Shown piece after piece: positions 10,186 to 18,500 of a stretch of DNA of 62,477 nt. The translations under genes and the position numbers were made by a program. Position 1 is the stretch's first letter; each line of letters opens with the position of its first letter. The notes beneath the pieces are model-generated. The model was not told the DNA's origin, ran no database searches, and was given only the letters and a program-made list of their open reading frames with translations. Source of the DNA: an uncultured bacterium (GTDB lineage: Bacteria > Hydrothermota > Hydrothermia > UBA1063); the NCBI GenBank assembly GCA_964654765.1, contig CAZZKY010000074.1, forward strand, positions 1 through 62,477. Reading direction: 5' to 3'.

Positions 10186-10684
10186 TCCTCCATTTAGCCA
10201 GTAAAATTCTTCGCGTTTCTTCATCAAGATAATCAATGAAAAGAACACCGTCGAGGTGATCTATCTCATGAAGAAAGACCCTGGCAAGAAACCCTTCCGC
10301 TTTAATTTTCAAATCCTTAAATTTGCCGTTCGGTTTAATTTCTATCACTTCAATCTCTGCGTAATCCGGCCGACCGATTTCCGCATATAAACCTGGTATA
10401 GAGAGACAGCCCTCTTCATCAACCACAAGGCCTTCCACGTAGTTTATTTTAGGATTTAAGAAGACTCTGTAATCTGAGCCAAAGTCCAGTTCTTTTGAAT
10501 TGATAACAAACACTCTTTTTGTTATCCCTATCTGGTTAGCGGCAAGCCCAAGACCTCCCTGATTTTTAAGGGTCTCGATGAGGTCACCAGCAATTTCAAA
10601 CACTTCTTTACTGTTTATTTCCTTGATTTCTTCTGCCCTCAATCTCAAAACTGGGTCATCGAAAATTTTTATAGGCTTAATCAA
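10160..10684 (-). CDS. def: Peptide deformylase
   Basis: Motifs GLAANQIG, EGCLSIPG, HEIDHLDG. TTG start 1 nt after the yajC stop. Confidence 0.95.
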   Translation of the reverse strand: MIKPIKIFDDPVLRLRAEEIKEINSKEVFEIAGDLIETLKNQGGLGLAANQIGITKRVFVINSKELDFGSDYRVFLNPKINYVEGLVVDEEGCLSIPGLYAEIGRPDYAEIEVIEIKPNGKFKDLKIKAEGFLARVFLHEIDHLDGVLFIDYLDEETRRILLAKWRNEYNRFSL

Positions 10685-10685
10685 A

Positions 10686-11033
10686 CTAACCCTCCACTCC
10701 TTTCTCGAGGACAGCCCTTACCGCCTGCTTTTCAACCTTTATATTAACATTATCAGCAACTCTCAATGTAATAACATCTTCGTCTATCTTCTGAATTGTG
10801 CCAATTATCCCTCCTGTAGTGACAACCCTATCGCCTTTCCTCAAAGAAGCCAACATTTCTCTACGCTTTTTCTCATATCTGGATTGTGGTAAGATCAAAA
10901 GAAGGTAGAAAATTACAAAAATTAAAATAAGAGGTAAGAGAGAAACGATAAAACTTCCTCCGCTTTGAGGTTGTTGGGCAAATAAAAACCCAGGAAGTAG
11001 AATAGAAAGTGTTTCAAAAATCAAATTTTTCAT
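10686..11033 (-). CDS. yajC: Preprotein translocase subunit YajC
   Basis: Single TM helix + PQSRYEKKRREMLASLRKGDRVVTTGGIIGTIQKIDEDVITLRV. AAGGAGG SD. Confidence 0.85.
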   Translation of the reverse strand: MKNLIFETLSILLPGFLFAQQPQSGGSFIVSLLPLILIFVIFYLLLILPQSRYEKKRREMLASLRKGDRVVTTGGIIGTIQKIDEDVITLRVADNVNIKVEKQAVRAVLEKGVEG

Positions 11034-11050
11034 AAATCCTCCTTTTTGTA

Positions 11051-11079
11051 ATTGTAAACTTTAAGGCCTGTTCAATCAA
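11051..11079 (-). promoter_or_regulatory. Candidate sigma70-type promoter for the yajC-def-fmt-... string
   Basis: Minus strand: TTGATT (11079..11074), 17 nt, TACAAT (11056..11051), followed by AAGGAGG and the yajC ATG. Confidence 0.35.
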
Positions 11080-11087
11080 TTTAAGCC

Positions 11088-13868
11088 TCAGTAATCAAAC
11101 CCAAGGGAGATATTTACTTTTACAGGTTTGAAGACATTAACTAAATTTGTGTTGTAGGCAAAATCGACCTTCAATTTTGCAAAACCCAGCCACATCCTCA
11201 AACCATAACCAAAATCTGCTTTCAAATCTTTTAATTTGGGGAACTGCTCAAAAAGTTGAATTTCGCGATAACTCTTCAGAGTACATAAACCTGCATCGAA
11301 AAACAATACACCACCTATTCCCGAAATATCAATAGGTAAGGGGAAACCAAGGCTCAATCTCTTAACAAAGGGAAATCGAAACTCTGTGTTAAATATAAAA
11401 TACTTGTTGCCTATATATTCGGCAAACTCCGTACCCCTAAGGTCGGTTATTCCGTCAAAGGTGAAATAATATCTATCTTTTCCAAAAGAATTCATAACTT
11501 TTAGCCTTGTGGCAATTAAGTAATCTTCAGAAAAAGCAAAGTAACGCCTTAAATCTGCTACTAAGATTCCAAGATCCACATCAAGGGGTATCGTTCTGAA
11601 AACTCCTAAATAATAGCGCACACCATTAACAGGGTCTTGAATGTAATTGTAATAAACATTGTCAAATACGTGGGCACCGTAAAGACCAGTAAGTAATCTG
11701 TTTTCCTGTAAATCAGCTAATTCTATGATGTTCCCAAGTGGGGTCACCCAGAAGTAGTAATTGGTCTGACTCTCAATACTTAAACCAAACTCAAAACGAC
11801 GATTCCTCGAAAGGGGATAAATTTGCATCAACATTAGGCCTAAGGTTCTTGACACCAGAACTGTATCATAGGATATGTATCCAGCATCCCACAACTGGTA
11901 AAAGGAAAAGCCCTTATCGGTTCGTCCTTTGAGAATAAAATAATTCAGTTCAAAGTTGGAATTTACAACATCACCAGAAAGATCTGTAGCAAACTGAATT
12001 TGATGGTCACCCAGTTCATCAGAGATGCCAAAGGCGACAGTGCCTTGGAAACCGGTAATTGTCGCATAGGCCGCACTTCCGTAGATCCAGTCCAAGGAAA
12101 ATCTTGGCGTATATGTCTTTAAAGCAACCTTCAAAGTATCTTCAAAAGTGTAAAAAACATAAGAAGTTGAATCTTCAATTTTCACAAGGTTCCTCACTTC
12201 ATACACATCGTATCCGTTGCCAAAGAGAACAGATGCAATAATTTTACCCGTCCTTGATACTGTGTACCACTTAAGCTCCGTAGAAAAGTCTGTAATCCTG
12301 TGAACATCTCCACTTTTCAAGTTTTTAACAAAGAGGTTCAATGCAGATAAAGCGTCACGGGCTATAAAGTAGAGCAAAGTATCATCATGACATAGGGGTT
12401 GTAAAAGCTCACTGTAAAAATTGGTGATCCGCACAATTTCTTGCGTTTCCAGATTCAATCTATAAACTGCATATGCACCATATTTAAAAGAGTTCAATGA
12501 ATCTTCTAAAAATCTATCGGAAACAAAGAGTACATCCCCTTTACTATCAAAGCAAGGGTCCCTATCGTCCCAAGGGTCATCAGTCAATTTTGAAAGTTCA
12601 CCCTTCCTCCACTCGTACAAGTAAATATCAGAACGACCTTCAGTAAGTCCAACAAACACGATCTTCCGTCCATCCGCCGAAATAAAAGGGGTGTAAATGG
12701 CATCTACCTCGAAACCTATGCTCTTTATAATCCTATTTCTGCGTGTATCAAAGATGTAAATCTTGTCACCCTCGCCTGATTGAGCAGCAAAGACAATAAA
12801 CCTACCATCCCCACTTATAGAAAGGGAAGGCCTGAGAATGTGTATGTTTTCGAAATCAGGTATTTTGGAACTCTTAAATACAACCTTCAATCTCTCCCCT
12901 GTAGCAACGGAGTGCTTTACAATATAAAAATTACCCATCTTCTCCTGTATAAAGTAGAGTGACCCTCCATCAGGGCTTATAAGAGGGGCAACATTGTAAA
13001 AATTACCGAGTTTTTCGTGATCAGAATATTTCTTCAAATTAACTGGAGTCGTGGTAATTCCGAATATCGAATAGAAATTCCTTCGAATATAATCTTTGAA
13101 GCGTAAATCAAATTCTCTCTGGGATATTCCAAAAGATTTTTTAAAAGTGCGCTCCACAGAATTGGTGTAAACAAGAAGGGAATAGAATTCCGCTATTTTC
13201 TCTCTACCGTAAGTTTCCTGCAAATACTTGTAAAAAAGCTGTCCTAACTTGTAAACTATATAACCACCATAATAGTTTAGTTCAACAAGGGATGGTAGCT
13301 TATCAGAAAGTATAAGGTTTCTGATGTACCTTTCCGCATCAGGAGACCAACCTATGGAAAGGAACTCTGCCATTCCTTCTGTAGCCCAGAGCGGGATCTG
13401 AGAAGTCAGTATTCCTTCGAGCGTAGAGCGTTTTCCCCTTCTTAACATTGCATATTGGAACACGTGAACAAGCTCGTGTCTAAGAACGTGCTTAAAATCC
13501 ACATATGAACCGTTAAAGGGGACTACAATCCGCGTTTTAAATATTTCCGTAAATCCGCCGATACCCTCTTCTATTATGTCAGGTATGACGTTTGTCTCTG
13601 AAAAATGTTTCGGGGAGTTATATATAATGACTGGAATCTTTGATTCTAATGAAATCCCCAAGATCGAAACATATTCATTATAGGCTTCTTCCAATACTGT
13701 CCCCGCAAATTTGACAATAAAATCATCCTTAGAGTATGAGAATATCCTGAAGTTTTGGGTTTCGTAAATTCGAAATTCATACATCCTTGTCTGGAACTTG
13801 TTTTTGCCAAAAGAATAGGCGAATAGATTACCCCATAGCAAAAAAATGCAAGTCAATACCTTCTTCAT
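11088..13868 (-). CDS. Tripartite outer-membrane protein: MA-clan HExxH peptidase-like domain + TolB/PD40-like beta-propeller + Omp85/BamA-like beta-barrel
   Basis: Signal peptide. HELVH at residues 131-135 (nt 13464..13478) with a downstream E (WATEGMAEF). Middle region has PD40-like strands (ISPDGGSLYF, SISGDGRFIVF, ISADGRKIVFV, DSKGDVLFVSDR). C-terminus is aromatic-rich with alternating beta-strands, ending ...NISLGFDY. Confidence 0.6.
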   Translation of the reverse strand: MKKVLTCIFLLWGNLFAYSFGKNKFQTRMYEFRIYETQNFRIFSYSKDDFIVKFAGTVLEEAYNEYVSILGISLESKIPVIIYNSPKHFSETNVIPDIIEEGIGGFTEIFKTRIVVPFNGSYVDFKHVLRHELVHVFQYAMLRRGKRSTLEGILTSQIPLWATEGMAEFLSIGWSPDAERYIRNLILSDKLPSLVELNYYGGYIVYKLGQLFYKYLQETYGREKIAEFYSLLVYTNSVERTFKKSFGISQREFDLRFKDYIRRNFYSIFGITTTPVNLKKYSDHEKLGNFYNVAPLISPDGGSLYFIQEKMGNFYIVKHSVATGERLKVVFKSSKIPDFENIHILRPSLSISGDGRFIVFAAQSGEGDKIYIFDTRRNRIIKSIGFEVDAIYTPFISADGRKIVFVGLTEGRSDIYLYEWRKGELSKLTDDPWDDRDPCFDSKGDVLFVSDRFLEDSLNSFKYGAYAVYRLNLETQEIVRITNFYSELLQPLCHDDTLLYFIARDALSALNLFVKNLKSGDVHRITDFSTELKWYTVSRTGKIIASVLFGNGYDVYEVRNLVKIEDSTSYVFYTFEDTLKVALKTYTPRFSLDWIYGSAAYATITGFQGTVAFGISDELGDHQIQFATDLSGDVVNSNFELNYFILKGRTDKGFSFYQLWDAGYISYDTVLVSRTLGLMLMQIYPLSRNRRFEFGLSIESQTNYYFWVTPLGNIIELADLQENRLLTGLYGAHVFDNVYYNYIQDPVNGVRYYLGVFRTIPLDVDLGILVADLRRYFAFSEDYLIATRLKVMNSFGKDRYYFTFDGITDLRGTEFAEYIGNKYFIFNTEFRFPFVKRLSLGFPLPIDISGIGGVLFFDAGLCTLKSYREIQLFEQFPKLKDLKADFGYGLRMWLGFAKLKVDFAYNTNLVNVFKPVKVNISLGFDY

Positions 13869-13920
13869 GCGTTAATTCTAAACTAAACTTATGGGATTAT
13901 AAAACACGGATTTTTGAATT

Positions 13921-14829
13921 TTAATCGTAATAAACACCTGCAGGTATGATATAGTTAACGGGATTCACCGGTTTATCATTTAGTCTGACTTCGTAATGTA
14001 AGTGAGGAGCAGTTGACCTGCCACTATTACCTACATAGGCAATGACATCTCCCCTTTTAACATACTGTCCAGGGGAAACCCTTGCCCGTAGGAGGTGTGC
14101 ATATCTGGTTTTTACCCCAAAACCATGATCGATTTCCAACCAAAGGCCGTATCCCTGATCCCACCTTACGGCGGTGACAACCCCTGCAGCGGGTGCAATT
14201 ATAGGAGTTCCCGGCGGAGCAGAGATATCAATACCTTCATGGAAAGCAGGACGACCTGTGAAGGGGTCCCTTCTCATCCCAAAACCGGAAGTAAAATACC
14301 CGGCAACTGGAATAATCGACGGTGTATGATCCCTAATCCTCTGATCTTCTTCAAACTTCTTTGCTATTTCAGAAAAACTTTGAAGCTGAAAGCTGGCTAA
14401 ATTCAGAAGTCTTTCAATCTCCTGCTCAACATAATTTTTATCGTCTTCCTTTGTAACAGGCAACTCTTCAATGTTCCCACCCATACCCATGAGGGCAATC
14501 TCCTTAGGAACAGGATCAAGACCAACGGAAGCCCTGAGTCTGTTATTTTGCTGTAACAGGTCATTAAGCATTTTGTCGAGACGTTCAGTTTTACTTCTTA
14601 GTGCTTTTATCTCTTTTTTCAAAGTGGTATTTTCTTTTTCTAAGATTACATATTTGTGATAATCAATCTCGAGGCTTATATATCTGTAGAAGGCAAAACC
14701 AAAGACACAAACGCCTAAGGTTATAAAAGCAGAAAACAATTTTAATACCCACGGTCGGAATGTGATTTCGACTTCCCTGCGCTTGGTCGTAGGGAAAAAA
14801 ATTTTTAATTTTAAAGACCACTTCTGCAT
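13921..14829 (-). CDS. M23-family metallopeptidase (catalytically intact), membrane anchored with coiled coil
   Basis: TM helix WVLKLFSAFITLGVCVFGFAF. Intact HEGID (HxxxD) and PHLHYEV (HxH). Confidence 0.85.
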   Translation of the reverse strand: MQKWSLKLKIFFPTTKRREVEITFRPWVLKLFSAFITLGVCVFGFAFYRYISLEIDYHKYVILEKENTTLKKEIKALRSKTERLDKMLNDLLQQNNRLRASVGLDPVPKEIALMGMGGNIEELPVTKEDDKNYVEQEIERLLNLASFQLQSFSEIAKKFEEDQRIRDHTPSIIPVAGYFTSGFGMRRDPFTGRPAFHEGIDISAPPGTPIIAPAAGVVTAVRWDQGYGLWLEIDHGFGVKTRYAHLLRARVSPGQYVKRGDVIAYVGNSGRSTAPHLHYEVRLNDKPVNPVNYIIPAGVYYD

Positions 14830-14916
14830 AGGTTAAATATAAATTATACGGTTTAAAATGTCAAATCTTAAAGGTTTTAACAACATTATTAAGAGCTACT
14901 ATAATTTAACTTTGTT

Positions 14917-14942
14917 GGGGGGTCCCCCGAAGGGGGACCCCC
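14917..14942 (-). terminator. GC-rich hairpin, candidate intrinsic terminator of the secreted-protein operon
   Basis: GGGGGTCCCCC-GAA-GGGGGACCCCC: perfect 11-bp stem, 3-nt loop, 8 nt after the stop of the 14950..15555 gene. No clear U-tract. Confidence 0.5.
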
Positions 14943-14949
14943 ATTTCCC

Positions 14950-15555
14950 CTATTTCATTTCCAACAACTCTGTAACCCGGTTCACCCTCTCATTCAGTGG
15001 CTTCTTCTTATCAAAGACTGTGAAAGTCTTCTGAACCACATCGGTAGTAATTTCCTGCTTTACAAGGAGCCCCGTTTCTTCGTCGTAATAATCTTTTTTG
15101 GTAGAATTAACAACTGTTTGCATAATTAGATGGCCTTTCGTATCCTCCTGAGAATGATCCCTGACAGAGGTAACAACAAGAACACTTTTGCCTTTGTAGC
15201 TTTCAGACTTCCTCTCAATCTCCTTATACTCAGGCATCGTGCCTTTAAGCTCCAGGTTAACTCCTTCGTAAACTTTACCCTGAAACTCTTGCTTCACAAC
15301 CCTGCCACTGTTATCATAATAAATCGTGCCAAGCACTTTCTCACCATCGAAAATCGCCAAAGTGGTTGGATTACCCAGAGTGTAGTACACCTTCAAATCC
15401 TTCTCCTCAGAAATGTGTCTTGAATTTCTCGTATAGTGGTAATTGACCTCCAAAGAGGCATCCTTGGTCTTTGGAACAACAAGGAGGGACCTGAGGTCAA
15501 AGCCAAAGGCAAAGCCTGAAAGCAAGAATATTGATATTAAAATGTATTTTTTCAT
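14950..15555 (-). CDS. Secreted protein of unknown function (201 aa), last gene of the giant-cargo operon
   Basis: AAGGAGG SD. Signal peptide MKKYILISIFLLSGFAFG. No T9SS CTD. Starts 12 nt after the giant gene. Confidence 0.5.
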   Translation of the reverse strand: MKKYILISIFLLSGFAFGFDLRSLLVVPKTKDASLEVNYHYTRNSRHISEEKDLKVYYTLGNPTTLAIFDGEKVLGTIYYDNSGRVVKQEFQGKVYEGVNLELKGTMPEYKEIERKSESYKGKSVLVVTSVRDHSQEDTKGHLIMQTVVNSTKKDYYDEETGLLVKQEITTDVVQKTFTVFDKKKPLNERVNRVTELLEMK

Positions 15556-15567
15556 AGCCTGCCTCCT

Positions 15568-18500
15568 TTATCTTACCTTTAAAAACTTCTTTGATTCAAT
15601 CTCTTTACCATCTTCGTCATAAACCCTCAAGAAGAACACACCGGAAGAGAGTTTTGAAATATCCACGTCAAGAGACCTCGTCTCCTTATTTACAAAGTAA
15701 TTACCAGAGGCTACGGAACGACCGAGGACGTCGTAGATTACCACCTTTATATTGCCATCAGTGGAATTAATTGACAGTCGAAGAACATTCCCTCTGATAA
15801 CATTCCCTACTTCTGTACCCTGAGCTAAAGGTTTATCATATACGCCTGTATAGTCGTCTGTAATGTAAGCTACATACAGAACCCTAAATCCCTGAGACTC
15901 AATGGTATTGTCGGTTTTTACTCTTATATTTACAGTATTGCCGGGAATAGCTACTGCGAAGAAAGTACCGAGGTTACCAGTATAGGAAGCATACCTGTAT
16001 CCACTGACATCGTAGAGAATAACCGAATCGGCGCTTAAAGAATCAGTTACACTCATGTTGAAATCAGTGAAACACACCTTAATAGCTTTGGCATCAGGAA
16101 TGCTTACCATATAAGTATGATCCCAGTTGTTGGGAACTGGAGAAGGAGTGGAAATATACCACTCTGCACTATAGAAGTAAGGAATATCCTTTTTCGATCT
16201 TACATAATCAACCTTAAAGCCGAAATCATTGACTGCATTATCGGAATGGAATTCAAGGATAACCCTTTTAGAAGGAATTGGCGGTGTGGAAAAGCTTCCA
16301 AGATCAGGACCGTTATAGGTGTACCAGACCCTGCCTAAGTGGTCCTTTATATAAAGCGTATCCCAATAGTCCGTACTAAAGTTCTCAAAGTGAAGTCTTA
16401 TAAAGGAGGCTGAGGTATCCTCAATGGTCCAAGTAAACCTGGCGTTATGAGGGTATGGATGGGGCGTTTCAATACTCACCATTGTGGTTTTCCAATCATG
16501 TCTCACTGCATAATTATCCAGGTAAAGGACGTTGTCGTCGCCTCCTACACTGGCGTAGAAAGCAGGATCCCAATCATCGGCAAGTTTAAATGAGAACAAA
16601 GGTCTAATAGGCCTACATCTACTGAACTCATATGTATACAGATAGAGGGATTCAGGTTCAAAAACAAACTCAATGGTATACCACTTACCAATTTCAAAAC
16701 TGGTCTTTACACCAGTTTTTACGCCTGCACCAAGGATTTCACCCTCAATTAAGTCTCCCTTGGAAGGATAGTAGAAGAGAACGCCATAATACCTTTGAAG
16801 TGTAGAATCGGTCATCAATATAAGGGTTGAATCGTTCCTTGCAACACCATTTAGCATAAAGTTAACTTTGAAAGAAGGAAAGTCAATTCTTGGATAGTGG
16901 ACTTTGTCTTTCATGTAAGTTAATCTCAAAGGCCTACCCTCTGCCCTCAGGACGAACTTTCCTCCTTCAACGGTTACGTTGTTTTGCCTCTCGAACCTAT
17001 AAACATCCCAAGAGAGTGCTCTATCATGATAATCAACGACCTGATCAGGTCTATTGGGCTGGTATGATACACCGTCAATGATATTCCCGTTAGCATCGGT
17101 CACTCTAAGGTAAAGACCCCATTGGTTAAATACCTTCCTTATCTTGAACATAACAAATTTCCACCCAGACTGGTCAAAATTCAAAGGCTGTGTAAACTGG
17201 TCTGGCTGTGCATAGCCATTACTACCAGAATTGACGACTATTCCATCTTCAAAGAGTTTGTACTCTCCAGCAATCCCGTATTTCAGATAGACAGTTTGAG
17301 CCACAGAAGAATTAATATAGAGTCCTACGTATACAATTCCCGAGTTCCCAAAATAGTTGAAGTCGAAGTATCCAGTATTATCAGCCCCTGTATTAACCCA
17401 CATATATCCACCGGGAACCTCATAAGTATCATATGGCCTTATATATTGCTCTCCGCCAACATAATCAAAATCGAGACCCAAATCGGGATATGGTCCTACA
17501 AATACCATGTCGCTTACAAAGGGAGCGTTTCCTGGATTTTGCTCATCAACTGGACCCCACCATACATCGTAGTCAAAGCGGTGCCTTGCAGGGTTCCAGG
17601 TTACATTAATCCCCGCCAGATACCCAAGAGCCAAGCCGGACGCACCAATCCCACTATTATATAACCTTTGCCTCCAATATGGACCGTATATAAATGGCCA
17701 TTCCGACAGGTCATAGGCAAAGCCGAACCATGCATCGAAACTGACAAACCATACACTTACGCTCAGATTCCCTTTACCCCAGGCATCGACGTTAATCCAG
17801 TTGTAATACACGGAATCTTGACCACGAATGTAGCACCCCCAAAAAGAGATGCCCTCTGACGGATCTTCACCAAGCCAACCGAAGGCATCAAGATATCCCT
17901 GGGTTGTATAAACATCAAATCCTGCAGTGGCCCATGTGTATTGTGCAATCATGAGATGTCCAAGGCCAGAAACTCTACCATCCGTTGTGATTTCAATCGT
18001 TGCATCAAGAGCCAGTGCCCTTACCGGATCAGATACAAGGCCCCAAAGGACAAACATCCAATATTCATAAGGGGTAGTGTAATGGTAAACACCTCCACCT
18101 AAACCATTGATGAACAGACCCGTACTACCGATAGGAATGTTCATACCAGTAGCAGCAAGATAAGCGTAATTGAAAGTACCATCCCAATTAAAGGACAATC
18201 TCAGTTCAACCTCACAAACTTCGGGTACATTTATCCTGGCTGTTCCTTCCACGCCAATCGAATCGAAGGCAAAGGCCCCACCAAGGAAGTGGTAACCGCC
18301 CATTTCAAATTCAGGGATGGAAAGTGAACCAGCAAGGACGTTGTATCCAAGGCCGAGTACCCCGCCCGTGCCGTCGGGCGTTCTTTCAAGAAGAATTGAG
18401 CCTGATGCATCTCCGCTCAAGAAAACCGGAAGGTGAACGCTTCCCTCGAAATAAATCCTATTATTTGCTGGAAAGCTTAAACTGCCAGTGAATCCATAAC

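Noticed and set aside
10186-10248. Upstream extensions of fmt (to 10248), the phosphate acyltransferase gene (52958..53044), the PHP gene (41424..41480), hydF (28957..28992), fdhA (27741..27764) and hydA (35497..35538).
   Set aside because: The internal ATGs are preceded by good SD sequences or give family-typical N-termini. The extensions overlap upstream genes heavily and add non-homologous residues.
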